A DNA stretch of 64,000 nucleotides from a virus: the IMG/VR virus record IMGVR_UViG_3300014050_000003, positions 32,001 through 96,000 of that record; one strand, 5' to 3'. The translations under genes and the position numbers were made by a program. The notes beneath the pieces were generated by a model. The model was not told where the DNA came from and did no database searches. It saw nothing but the letters and a program-made list of their open reading frames with translations. Positions 37,054-47,068 of the stretch are shown here, piece by piece; position 1 is the stretch's first letter, and every line of letters starts with the position of its first letter.

Positions 37054-38043
37054 ATGAATATTAAAAAAATGGCTGTAGTATGTGGTGCTGGAGGTTTTAT
37101 TGGCTCCCATCTAGTTAAAAGATTAAAAAATGAAGGCTTTTGGGTTAGAGGAGTAGATTTAAAATATCCTCAGTATTCATCAATAGAGGCAGATGATTTT
37201 CTTATTGGAGATTTGACTTGTCCATATTTTACTCGTAGAGCCATACCAGACGATACAGATGAACTTTATCAATTAGCAGCTGATATGGGTGGCGCAGGAT
37301 ATATTTTTACTGGAGAAAACGATGCAAATGTAATGCATAATTCAGCTTTAATTAATTTAAATATAGCTCATATAGCTGTATCAAAAAGAACTAAGAATTT
37401 ATTTTATAGTTCCTCTGCTTGTATTTATCCAGAATATAATCAATTAGATCCAAATAATCCAAAATGCTCAGAAGAATCAGCTTATCCAGCTGCACCAGAT
37501 AGTGAGTATGGATGGGAAAAGCTTTTTAGTGAAAGACTTTATTTAGCTTATAAAAGAAACCACAAACTAAATGTTCATGTTGCAAGATATCATAATATTT
37601 TTGGTCCAGAAGGAACATATAAGGGTGGAAAAGAAAAATCTCCAGCTGCGCTTTGCAGAAAAGTAATAGAAGCTCAAGATGGAGGAGAAATTGAAATTTG
37701 GGGCGATGGACAACAAACCAGATCATTCTTATATATAGATGAATGTATAGAGGGCACGATTAAATTGATGAGATCAGATTTTGAAGGTCCAGTAAATATT
37801 GGATCAGAAGAAATGATTTCAATTAATGATTTTGCAAAAATGATTATTGAGTTAAGTGGCAAAAATTTAAAAATAAAGAATATTCCAGGTCCACTTGGAG
37901 TTAGAGGCAGAAAATCAGACAATAAGCTAATAAGAGAAAAACTTTTTTGGGCTCCTTCTCAACAATTAAAAGACGGAATACAAAAAACATATGAGTGGAT
38001 AAAATCCCAGCTAGAGGAAAATAAAATTGAGCCAAAATCTTAA
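37054..38043 (+). CDS. GDP-mannose 3,5-epimerase-like extended SDR
   Basis: GAGGFIG, LAADMGG, SSACIYP, YGWEK, GVRGR. Confidence 0.82.
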   Translation: MNIKKMAVVCGAGGFIGSHLVKRLKNEGFWVRGVDLKYPQYSSIEADDFLIGDLTCPYFTRRAIPDDTDELYQLAADMGGAGYIFTGENDANVMHNSALINLNIAHIAVSKRTKNLFYSSSACIYPEYNQLDPNNPKCSEESAYPAAPDSEYGWEKLFSERLYLAYKRNHKLNVHVARYHNIFGPEGTYKGGKEKSPAALCRKVIEAQDGGEIEIWGDGQQTRSFLYIDECIEGTIKLMRSDFEGPVNIGSEEMISINDFAKMIIELSGKNLKIKNIPGPLGVRGRKSDNKLIREKLFWAPSQQLKDGIQKTYEWIKSQLEENKIEPKS

Positions 38044-39166
38044 AGATACATATCATGGCAAAAAAATTGATACAGCAAACATTCTAAACATAGAAGATGC
38101 TGCAAAATTAATCAATGGCAGGAAAACTTGTATAATAACTGGAGTAACTGGTCAAGACGGCAGCTTCATGGTAGAGTATTTATTAAAAAATACAAATTTA
38201 TTAATTTTTGGCGGAGTTAGAAGACTTAGTGTTTATAATCACGAAAATATTAGACAAATTAAAAGCGATAGATTTCATTTAATTAATTTTGATTTAACTG
38301 ATGCTCATTCAATCAGCAGGACAATAGAAAAATTAAAACCAGATTATTTTATGAATTTTGCAGCTCAAAGCTTTGTGGCTAGTAGTTGGGATTTTGCTCG
38401 TCAAACTTGGGAAACAAATTCTACTGCAATATTAGATATACTAGAAGGAATTAGGCTTTATAATCCATCTTGCAGATTATATCAAGCTGGCTCTAGCGAA
38501 GAATTTGGTAATGTAGTTTATAGTCCTCAAGATGAAAATCATCCACTTCGGCCAAGAAGTCCATATGGTGCTTCAAAATGCGCCTCTAGACAACTTATAA
38601 AAGTTTATAGAGAATCGTATAATCTTTATGCGATACAAGGATGGTTATTTAATCATGAAGGAACTAGAAGAGGAGAAGAATTTGTTACAAGAAAAATTAC
38701 AAAAAATGTAGCTAGGATTTATCACGCAATTAAAAATAGCCGAGAATTTGAACCTTTGGAATTAGGAAATATAGAAGCTCAAAGAGATTGGAGTGATGCA
38801 GAAGATTTTGTAGAAGGTATTTGGATGATGTTAAATCAAGACAAGTATAATAAAGACTATAATGGATTCCCATTAGATTATGTATTTTCCTCTAATGAAA
38901 CTCATACAATTAAAGAATTTGTAGAAAAAGCTTTTGATATAGCTGGAATAAAAGGAAATTGGATTGGCGAAGGTGAACATACTATGTATATTTCAGAAGA
39001 TAAAAAAGTATTAATGCAAATTAATTCTAAATTCTATAGACCAGCTGAAGTTAGTCTTTTATGTGGTAAATCCGATAAAGCAAGAAATGATTTAGGATGG
39101 AAACCCAAAACTTCATTTAATGATTTAATTAAAAAAATGGTCGAATTTGATATTCAAAATATATGA
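38027..39166 (+). CDS. gmd: GDP-mannose 4,6-dehydratase
   Basis: ITGVTGQDG, AAQSFV, SSEEFG, SPYGASK, FNHE, FVTRKIT, RDWS, YRPAEV. Confidence 0.92.
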   Translation: MSQNLKDTYHGKKIDTANILNIEDAAKLINGRKTCIITGVTGQDGSFMVEYLLKNTNLLIFGGVRRLSVYNHENIRQIKSDRFHLINFDLTDAHSISRTIEKLKPDYFMNFAAQSFVASSWDFARQTWETNSTAILDILEGIRLYNPSCRLYQAGSSEEFGNVVYSPQDENHPLRPRSPYGASKCASRQLIKVYRESYNLYAIQGWLFNHEGTRRGEEFVTRKITKNVARIYHAIKNSREFEPLELGNIEAQRDWSDAEDFVEGIWMMLNQDKYNKDYNGFPLDYVFSSNETHTIKEFVEKAFDIAGIKGNWIGEGEHTMYISEDKKVLMQINSKFYRPAEVSLLCGKSDKARNDLGWKPKTSFNDLIKKMVEFDIQNI

Positions 39167-39888
39167 ATATAGATTATGTCGTAATTGGTTCAGATGAAAA
39201 TCCATTATATTTAGATTTTTGGCCAATCGTTTCAAAAATGTGGAAAGAAAAAATAAATGTTACTCCTGTATTAGGTTTAATCTGTGAAGAAGAATCTGAT
39301 CTTATAAAAAGCGAACATGGATTTATAAAAAAATTTAAAAAAATAAATGATATTAATTCTGGTCTGCAAAGCCAAATAGTTAGACTTTTTTTAACAAAAT
39401 TTTTAAATGGATATTCTTTAATTTCAGATATAGATATGCTTCCATTATCAAAAAAATATTTTTTTGAAAATGCCCAAAAAATAAGTAAAGAAAATATTAT
39501 AATATATTCATCTGATAATTTAGAATGTATGCAAAATGAAATGTACCCAATGTGCTATATTTTAGCACATACTGATATATATAAAAAAATTTTTGATTTA
39601 GATTTAAATTGGGAAAATTTTTGTAGTTTATTAAATAATAGAAATCAAGGTTGGTATACCGATCAAAAATATTTATATGAAAAAATAAATAAATTTCAAA
39701 AAGATGGAAATGAAGTTATAGCTCTAAGTAGAGGATGGAAAAATGGAATGGCTTTAAAAAGAATAGATCGAGCGTTTTGGAGTTACTATCCAGATAAATT
39801 AAAAGAAGAATATTACATAGACTCTCATTTATTAAGACCTTTATCTGAGTATAAAGAAAATATAGATCTTATTATAAACAATATTTAA
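39163..39888 (+). CDS. GT-A-like protein
   Basis: SQIVRL, SDIDMLP (DxD), YPMCY, WYTDQ. Confidence 0.55.
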   Translation: MNIDYVVIGSDENPLYLDFWPIVSKMWKEKINVTPVLGLICEEESDLIKSEHGFIKKFKKINDINSGLQSQIVRLFLTKFLNGYSLISDIDMLPLSKKYFFENAQKISKENIIIYSSDNLECMQNEMYPMCYILAHTDIYKKIFDLDLNWENFCSLLNNRNQGWYTDQKYLYEKINKFQKDGNEVIALSRGWKNGMALKRIDRAFWSYYPDKLKEEYYIDSHLLRPLSEYKENIDLIINNI

Positions 39889-39892
39889 ATAA

Positions 39893-40558
39893 ATGAAAAT
39901 TTTAGTATTAGTTTTATCTTTTCATGATAATGGGTTATATTCTTATTTATATAAAACTCAAAAAGAGACATGGGATTCAATTAATAATAAAGATGTAGAT
40001 GTTTTTTATTATTTTGGAAGTTCAGATAAAAATTATATAAAAGATAAAGAAATATATGTTACAACAAAAGATCATAATTATACATTTAATCATCTTGGAC
40101 GAAAATTTTTAGAAGCATTATCTTTAGTCGCAAATTATGAATTTGATTATATTTTTAAAACCAACTCTTCCTCTTATATAGACAAGCAAAAACTATTAGA
40201 GTTTATTGAAGATAAACCAAAAAATAATTTATATTGCGGTATTATGTCAAATTTTAATAATATAAATTATATCTCTGGCGCAGGGACTTATCTTAGTAAA
40301 GATTTAGTTCATTATATATTAAATAATCAACATCAATGGAACCATAATTTAATTGAAGATGTAGCGATTGGAGAAATTTTAAGTAAAAATAATATAATTT
40401 TATCTCCAGGGAAAAGATTTGATTTAACAGAAGCAACATATACTCCTTTTCAAGAAATTGATTCAAGCCATTATCATTATAGATGCAAAATGGCATCTAA
40501 TAGATCTTTAGATATATTAAATATGCACAAGATTTTTAATATTAAAAATAGAAATTAA
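39893..40558 (+). CDS. GT31-like galactosyltransferase-fold protein
   Basis: FDYIFKTNSSSY, SGAGTYLSKD, EDVAIG. Confidence 0.62.
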   Translation: MKILVLVLSFHDNGLYSYLYKTQKETWDSINNKDVDVFYYFGSSDKNYIKDKEIYVTTKDHNYTFNHLGRKFLEALSLVANYEFDYIFKTNSSSYIDKQKLLEFIEDKPKNNLYCGIMSNFNNINYISGAGTYLSKDLVHYILNNQHQWNHNLIEDVAIGEILSKNNIILSPGKRFDLTEATYTPFQEIDSSHYHYRCKMASNRSLDILNMHKIFNIKNRN

Positions 40559-40584
40559 TATATATAAAAATTATAATTAATGGA

Positions 40585-41439
40585 ATGATATTATTAATTG
40601 GATCTTCTGGATATATAGGTTCTGAATTTAAAAGACAATTAGAATTAAATAACTTAAAATATAAAGTATTATCTCATATAGATTGTCAAAAAAATTTAAT
40701 ATCAAATATTATTAAAGAAAATAAAATAAAATATTTAATAAACTGTGCCGCTTTTGTAGGTAAACCAAACATAGAAGCTTGTGAAAATCAAAAAGATAAA
40801 TGCATAAAAGGTAATATTTTATTACCGATTTTATTAAAAGATATTTGTGAAAGTTTTGAAATAATATATGGTCATATATCTACTGGATGCTTATATAACG
40901 GATCATCAAAACAAACCAGTGGTTTTTCTGAAGAAGAAGAACCTAATTGTAAATTTGAAAATAATAACTGCAGCTTTTATACTGGCACAAAAGTCTTAGC
41001 TGAAGAAATTGTAAAAACTTATCCTAAAAATTATATATGGAGAATAAGATTACCTTTTGAAAATATACATAATGATAGAAATTATATATCTAAAATATTA
41101 AAATATGATACGCTTATAACAGAAAAAAATTCTTTATCAAATAAAATAGAATTTGTAAACGCTTGTGTACAATCGATAATAAAAGAAATTCCATTTGGAA
41201 TATATAATATAACTAATACAGGAAGTATATCTGCTATAGAAGTTGTATCTAAAATTAAAAAATATATAATGTCAGAGAAAAAATCTAAATTTATAACTAT
41301 GGACCAATTTTATAAAACTATAAGTTCTATGCCCAGATCAAATTGCATAACAGATAATAAAAAAATATTATCTTGCGGAATAAAAATGTCAGAAGTCAAT
41401 GAATCTATAGAGAAATGCCTAAAAGAATGGAGTTGGTAA
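40585..41439 (+). CDS. RmlD-like NDP-4-keto-6-deoxysugar reductase (NRS/ER-like)
   Basis: GSSGYIG, GKPNIEACE, STGC, YTGTK, RIRLPF, PRSNC. Confidence 0.78.
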   Translation: MILLIGSSGYIGSEFKRQLELNNLKYKVLSHIDCQKNLISNIIKENKIKYLINCAAFVGKPNIEACENQKDKCIKGNILLPILLKDICESFEIIYGHISTGCLYNGSSKQTSGFSEEEEPNCKFENNNCSFYTGTKVLAEEIVKTYPKNYIWRIRLPFENIHNDRNYISKILKYDTLITEKNSLSNKIEFVNACVQSIIKEIPFGIYNITNTGSISAIEVVSKIKKYIMSEKKSKFITMDQFYKTISSMPRSNCITDNKKILSCGIKMSEVNESIEKCLKEWSW

Positions 41440-42575
41440 TGAAATCTATTATTAATTTGGGAAATATACCTTTAGTTAATAATCTATTTGATAAACAACA
41501 AGACTCTTTAAAAGCTAAAAAATTTCCATTAGAAATTGTTGAATTAAATGAGCTTTTAATGAAACTGACTGTTGATATAGATTCAAAAGAAATGTTTTCA
41601 AATTATTTATATAAATCTTCAATTAATTTACCTTATGTAAAACATTGTGAAAAAATGTGGGAAGATTTAAAACTTTTTAAACCAAAAAATATAGCTGATA
41701 TAGGAGGAAACGATGGTGCGCTTTTAAAAGCTTTTAAAAGAAAGTCGCAATATAAAATAAATTTAACTAATATAGACGCAAGCGCATCTTTTAAAAAAGA
41801 TAATCAAACAGATGGAATTATTTTTTACAATGAATATTGGGGTGATAGAATTTTTAAAGATAAATTTGATTTAATAACATCAACGAATGTTTTTCAGCAT
41901 AACCCATTTTATGAAAAATTTGTAAAAGGAATAAGCTTAAATTTGAATGGCATATGGGTTTTAGAGTTTCCTTATTTTTTAGAAACAGTAAAAAGTAATC
42001 AATTTGATCAAATTTACCATGAACATGTTTATTATTGGCTTGTGACGCCACTTTATCATATATTTAAAAAATATAAATTAAAGATAATAGATATCATACC
42101 TCAAGATATACATGGAGGAAGTTTACGATTAATTATATCTAATAAAACTAAATATAAAGAAAATTCTAAAAAAATAAAAAAATATATAAATTTAGAAAAA
42201 AAATACAATTTTTCTAAATGGCATAAAAAAATAAATAATAAAATATTAAAAGATAGAACTTTCTTAAAAAATTTAAAAGGAACGATTGCTTGTTTTGGTG
42301 CCGCAGCAAAAGGATGCGTATATCTTAATTGTATAAATATTAATAATAGATTTAAATATGTTATAGATGATACAATTAAAAAACAAAATAAATATATTCC
42401 AGGAACACCATTAAAAATAGTCTCAAGAAAAATCTTGAAAAAAAATAAACCAGATTATATTTTAATTCTCGCCCATAATTTTAAAGATTATATAATCAAA
42501 TCGCTAAAAGAATATGGATATAATGGCAAATTTATTGTTATGCTTCCTAAAATAAAAATTATTAATAAACAATGA
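41439..42575 (+). CDS. NDP-sugar C-methyltransferase (NovU/TcaB9-like)
   Basis: DIGGNDG, FDQIYHEH, IHGGSLR, GAAAKG, ILAHNF; start refined to 41439. Confidence 0.8.
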   Translation: MKSIINLGNIPLVNNLFDKQQDSLKAKKFPLEIVELNELLMKLTVDIDSKEMFSNYLYKSSINLPYVKHCEKMWEDLKLFKPKNIADIGGNDGALLKAFKRKSQYKINLTNIDASASFKKDNQTDGIIFYNEYWGDRIFKDKFDLITSTNVFQHNPFYEKFVKGISLNLNGIWVLEFPYFLETVKSNQFDQIYHEHVYYWLVTPLYHIFKKYKLKIIDIIPQDIHGGSLRLIISNKTKYKENSKKIKKYINLEKKYNFSKWHKKINNKILKDRTFLKNLKGTIACFGAAAKGCVYLNCININNRFKYVIDDTIKKQNKYIPGTPLKIVSRKILKKNKPDYILILAHNFKDYIIKSLKEYGYNGKFIVMLPKIKIINKQ

Positions 42576-43363
42576 AATATAATTTTTTTGAATTTAATAA
42601 ATTGTCGCATCTGCATAATGGGAAAGATATATTTTTTTGTAAAATAGATTACTTATTAGAAGATTTTAAAATTATAAATGAGTTAAAAAATGAAGTTATA
42701 TTAATTACTGGGAATGGGGATTATCCTGTGGTAGATCATATAATGCAAATAGCTCCAAAAAATATTAAAAAATGGTATGCAACAAATTGTTTATCTAATA
42801 ACGATATTTTAATTCCTATACCCCTTGGCCTAGAAAATGAAGAAAAATCAATCAGAGAAAATCATGGAATTGGCCATGGAGAACATGCAGCTTTAAAGAA
42901 GGAATTATTAAATAGGAATAAAAACATTTTGCCAAATAAATACATTTATGCAAATTTTAGATTGCATTCAAATTGGATTTATAGAAATTTATGCAAAGAT
43001 ATATGCCAAAAAATAAGTCATATTGATTTTGAAGATAACGACTTAACTTTAGAAGATTTTTTTAATAAGATCCTTGAATATAAAATGGTATTTTGCCCAA
43101 TTGGAAATGGGGTTGATACACATAGACTATGGGAGACGCTTTATTCTAATAGAATACCGATTACTATTAAAATAGATAATTTTAAGATTTATGAACTTTA
43201 TGAAAAATTACCAATTGTTGTTTTAGATAAAATAGAAGATTTAAATAATAAAAATTTAATAGATCATAAAATTTCAAAACTTAACTATAATAATTTAAAT
43301 ATGCTTGATATAAATTATTGGATAAATGAAATATTGACAGAACAAAAAAAATTGATATACTGA
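42572..43363 (+). CDS. Exostosin/GT47-like protein
   Basis: PIPLGL, CPIGNGVDTHRLWE, LPIV. Confidence 0.6.
   Translation: MKYNFFEFNKLSHLHNGKDIFFCKIDYLLEDFKIINELKNEVILITGNGDYPVVDHIMQIAPKNIKKWYATNCLSNNDILIPIPLGLENEEKSIRENHGIGHGEHAALKKELLNRNKNILPNKYIYANFRLHSNWIYRNLCKDICQKISHIDFEDNDLTLEDFFNKILEYKMVFCPIGNGVDTHRLWETLYSNRIPITIKIDNFKIYELYEKLPIVVLDKIEDLNNKNLIDHKISKLNYNNLNMLDINYWINEILTEQKKLIY
43334..43361 (+). promoter_or_regulatory. Sigma70-type promoter of the recombination/replication block
   Basis: TTGACA-N16-TATACT, GTG 6 nt downstream. Confidence 0.6.
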
Positions 43364-43367
43364 TATA

Positions 43368-43706
43368 GTGAGCAATCATAAACTTTGCCAAATGATAATT
43401 AAAAAATATGTAAAAGGAAATATTAACTGGCCGCGAGAAATCAAAATCGCGCAAAGATTAATTAAAAAATTTAAATCTTTTGATTTTTGGGATAATTTAC
43501 AAGAATTAGGATCACCACCGCCTTCATTAGCTTGGTTTTTAAAAGCTGAAGGTAAAGCTTTCTTATTAAAAGAATATGAATCATTTAATATGAATTTAAA
43601 TAAGCAAAAAATATCTCTTAATAAAAATAAAATAGGAGAAGATAAAAAAGTTTGCCAAAAACCTAAAACTCTGTTAGAATTTATAAGATATGGGAAGAAA
43701 ACCTAA
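43368..43706 (+). CDS. Hypothetical protein
   Basis: ORF track; promoter directly upstream. Confidence 0.6.
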   Translation: MSNHKLCQMIIKKYVKGNINWPREIKIAQRLIKKFKSFDFWDNLQELGSPPPSLAWFLKAEGKAFLLKEYESFNMNLNKQKISLNKNKIGEDKKVCQKPKTLLEFIRYGKKT

Positions 43707-44832
43707 AGAAGAAGTCGTTGAATCATCTGGCCCAAGCGCATCAGATAGATTATTATCATTTTTAAAAGATAATAAAGAAGATCATTATAATTTTGAAGAT
43801 GAAGTTTATTATAAAGTATCTACTGGTAGTTTAAACTTAGATATAGCTACAGGTGGTGGTTTATGCCCAGGTTTACATAGATTTATTGGAATGAATGAAG
43901 GTGGAAAAACTTCTGAAGCACTAGAAGTAACAAAAAATTTCCTTAAATCAGTAGAAAATTCTAGAGCTTTACTTTTTAAAGCAGAAGGAAGATTAAGTAA
44001 AGAGATTAAAGAACGCTCTGGAATTAAGTTTGTAACTGATCCTAAAGAATGGGTTGATGGAACTTGTTTTGTATTTGAATGTAATATTTTTGAAACAGTT
44101 TCAGAATTAATGAAAGACCTTATTCAATCAAATGATGAAAATAAGAGATATATATTCATTCTTGATTCGGTTGATGGTTTAATGACCAAAGGTGATGCCC
44201 AAAAAAGCATGACAGAAGCTACGAAAGTCGCAGGAGGAGCTGTTATCTCATCAATGTTAATGAAGAAAATTTCTCTCGCACTTTCTAAGCGTGGACATAT
44301 GGCTATTTTCATTAGTCAAGTTAGATCTGATATTAAACTTGATCCTTATGCTGCAAATAAAGATATTCGTCAAACTACTGCCACTGGTGGAAATGCTTTG
44401 TTGCATTTTGCAAATTGGATTCTTGAATTTGAACCAAAGTTTAATAAAGATCTTATTCTTGAAAAGCCAAATGATAAGTATGATCCAGTAAAGAATAAAA
44501 TCATTGGACATAACGTTAAAATTGCAATTAAAAAATCAACCAATGAATCTACAAACTCAAAAGTCCAATATCCAATTAAATATGGTCGCAAAGATGGTTC
44601 GTCAGTATGGAAAGAATATGAAGTTATCGATCAAATTCTTGCTTGGGAATTTGCAGTATCAAAAGGAGCATGGGTAACATTTTCTGACGATATTATCGAA
44701 GAACTTAAGAAGCAAAATCTGGATCTTAAAAAACAACATCAAGGAGTTGATAATCTTAGGTCTTATTTAGAAGAAAATAAACCAATCGTTGATTATTTTT
44801 ACAATAAATTTATTAATACTCTTACGTCATGA
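43690..44832 (+). CDS. RecA/UvsX-like recombinase
   Basis: STGSLNLDIATGGG, GMNEGGKT, ILDSV, IFISQVR, TGGNALLHFA. Confidence 0.85.
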   Translation: MGRKPKEEVVESSGPSASDRLLSFLKDNKEDHYNFEDEVYYKVSTGSLNLDIATGGGLCPGLHRFIGMNEGGKTSEALEVTKNFLKSVENSRALLFKAEGRLSKEIKERSGIKFVTDPKEWVDGTCFVFECNIFETVSELMKDLIQSNDENKRYIFILDSVDGLMTKGDAQKSMTEATKVAGGAVISSMLMKKISLALSKRGHMAIFISQVRSDIKLDPYAANKDIRQTTATGGNALLHFANWILEFEPKFNKDLILEKPNDKYDPVKNKIIGHNVKIAIKKSTNESTNSKVQYPIKYGRKDGSSVWKEYEVIDQILAWEFAVSKGAWVTFSDDIIEELKKQNLDLKKQHQGVDNLRSYLEENKPIVDYFYNKFINTLTS

Positions 44833-45248
44833 GATTATTAAATATTAACGGCAAGCTCGTTAATAAAAATGTAAGAAACTATCTAATAAATTGGGAAGGC
44901 AAAAGCCGCAGCAAATTACAATTTAAATTTAAAGACTTTTTTCGCCCTTATTGGAAGAACCATATAGTTTATGAAGAGTTTCCAGTTTATGGAAGTATGC
45001 TTAAAGTAGATATATTAAATGCAACAAAAAAGATAGCAGTTGAGATACAAGGTAACCAGCATGAGTCCTTTAATAAGTTCTTCCACGATAACTCACGATT
45101 AAAATACCTTCAAAGCATAAAAAGAGATGTCAAAAAAGAAAAATGGCTCGAAATGAATGAATTTAAATTCCTTGAACTTTACGAAGATGATCTTAAAAAT
45201 TTATCACCACAATATATAGAAGAAAAATGCGGAATTTTAATTATTTAA
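44829..45248 (+). CDS. PD-(D/E)XK nuclease (Vsr/DUF559-like)
   Basis: EEFPV, VD, AVEIQGNQH, RD..K. Confidence 0.65.
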   Translation: MRLLNINGKLVNKNVRNYLINWEGKSRSKLQFKFKDFFRPYWKNHIVYEEFPVYGSMLKVDILNATKKIAVEIQGNQHESFNKFFHDNSRLKYLQSIKRDVKKEKWLEMNEFKFLELYEDDLKNLSPQYIEEKCGILII

Positions 45249-45254
45249 GTGTAA
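45249..45254 (+). promoter_or_regulatory. GTGTAA motif
   Basis: 6 or 9 nt upstream of GTG at 45261/45264. Confidence 0.45.
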
Positions 45255-45260
45255 AATCTG

Positions 45261-45539
45261 GTGGTGACAAATAAGAAAAAATTTAATTTTCCAGACTCTC
45301 TGTTAAAGCAAATTGATGAATGCAGTTTTGGTGGATATATAATGTTTAATTTTTCAAATAAAGGCGAACCTCAAGTTTTTACAAAGTTTGATAATCAAAT
45401 AAATGCCATGGCTCTTTTATATTACGTTAATACTTGGAGCCAAAGCGTAGACCAATTGAATCTAGAAGCAACGACAGATCAAATAGCAAGAAAAAATCAA
45501 GAAGATGATGATTTTGATGATTCAGAAGAAAAAGATTAA
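45261..45539 (+). CDS. Hypothetical protein with acidic tail
   Basis: ORF track. Confidence 0.65.
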   Translation: MVTNKKKFNFPDSLLKQIDECSFGGYIMFNFSNKGEPQVFTKFDNQINAMALLYYVNTWSQSVDQLNLEATTDQIARKNQEDDDFDDSEEKD

Positions 45540-45544
45540 AACAC

Positions 45545-45573
45545 TTGACTTTTAATTTTTACTTTGGTATCAT
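45545..45573 (+). promoter_or_regulatory. Sigma70-type promoter of dnaB
   Basis: TTGACT-N17-TATCAT, ATG 10 nt downstream. Confidence 0.6.
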
Positions 45574-45583
45574 ATAAAACTGG

Positions 45584-47068
45584 ATGATTTATTCATTACA
45601 AGTAGAAAGACATGTATTAAGTGGGTTATTAAGGCATCAAGACCTTTTTGCGGATATTGATGTTTTTTTAACTGAAAATGACTTTTTTAACGATGTACAT
45701 TCCACAATATATACAGTATTTAAAAATATAAAACACAAAGGCGAAAATGTAGATAAAGTACTTCTTGCAGAAAAGATTAAAAATTTAGGTATATCTTTTA
45801 AAGACGAAATTAACATATTTGATTATATTGACAATTTAAGTTTCTCTCAAATTACAGAGCAAGCTACGATGGAGGCTTGTAGAGAGTTAATTAAACTTAG
45901 GGTTAGAAGAGAGATTGCTCAAACAGCAGATAAATTAAAAGAATATGTAGTTAAAAATTCAGATGATAATTTAGATCAAATTATTGGTAATATAGACCAA
46001 ATTTATAATAAAAAGATTTCATCTTATGACGAAAATGATGTGCCAATTAATATTTTTGCAGAAGTCGAAGATCTTGTTGAGGAAATAGGTAATTCACCTA
46101 AAGAAGATAGTGGATTAATTACTCCTTATTCTGAATTTAATAGAATGTATGGTGGTTTAAAAAATGGAAATATTTATGCAATAGCTAGTAGACCTGGCCA
46201 AGGTAAATCAACTTGGTTAAATGATATTTGTTTTAAAACAGCGATTAATGTTAAGAATAAAACTAAAACTCTTATTCTTGATACCGAAATGCAAACAGTA
46301 GATATTCAATTAAGAATGGTTGCATCTTTAACAGATGTTCCAGTATGGTATCTTGAAACTGGTAATTGGCGTAAAAATGAAGAGATGACAAAGAAAGTAA
46401 GATCAGCTTGGGCAAAAGTAAAACAGTATGAATATTTTCATTATCATGTTGGAAATAAAAACATAGACCAAATTTGTTCTATTATCCGTAGATGGTATTT
46501 ATCTAAAGTTGGACGAGGAAATCAAGCGATGATTGCTTATGATTATATTAAATTAACTGGAGAAAAAGTTGGTCAAAATTGGGCAGAACATCAAGCGATT
46601 GGAGACAAGATCGATAAACTTAAAAGAATTTCGGAAGAAATTCATTGCCCAATTATTACTGCAATGCAATTGAATAGAACTGGAGAAAGTTTTAATAGAA
46701 AAGGTTCTGAAGTAGTAGATGATAGCTCTGTTATTTCACTTTCAGATAGACTACAATGGTTTGCTTCTTTCGTAGCGATCTTTAGAAGAAAGACTCTGGA
46801 TGAACTTACTTTAGATGGTCAACAATTTGGTACTCATAAATTAATTCCAACTAAAACAAGATTCCAAGGAAAAGATGCCGCAGGTCATCAAGACTTAGTT
46901 AGAAGACTAGATAGTTGCGGTAAAGAAGTTTGGGCACAAAATTATCTTAATTATCAAGTTAATAATTTTAATATTGAAGAAAGAGGATCATTAAGAGATG
47001 TAGCCGATAGGCAAAGAGAGCAGTATCAATTAAATGATGAAAATCAAACAGATGGAGAATTATTATGA
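45584..47068 (+). CDS. dnaB: Replicative DNA helicase, DnaB family
   Basis: ASRPGQGKST, DTEM, YDYIKL, QLNR, KTRFQG. Confidence 0.9.
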   Translation: MIYSLQVERHVLSGLLRHQDLFADIDVFLTENDFFNDVHSTIYTVFKNIKHKGENVDKVLLAEKIKNLGISFKDEINIFDYIDNLSFSQITEQATMEACRELIKLRVRREIAQTADKLKEYVVKNSDDNLDQIIGNIDQIYNKKISSYDENDVPINIFAEVEDLVEEIGNSPKEDSGLITPYSEFNRMYGGLKNGNIYAIASRPGQGKSTWLNDICFKTAINVKNKTKTLILDTEMQTVDIQLRMVASLTDVPVWYLETGNWRKNEEMTKKVRSAWAKVKQYEYFHYHVGNKNIDQICSIIRRWYLSKVGRGNQAMIAYDYIKLTGEKVGQNWAEHQAIGDKIDKLKRISEEIHCPIITAMQLNRTGESFNRKGSEVVDDSSVISLSDRLQWFASFVAIFRRKTLDELTLDGQQFGTHKLIPTKTRFQGKDAAGHQDLVRRLDSCGKEVWAQNYLNYQVNNFNIEERGSLRDVADRQREQYQLNDENQTDGELL

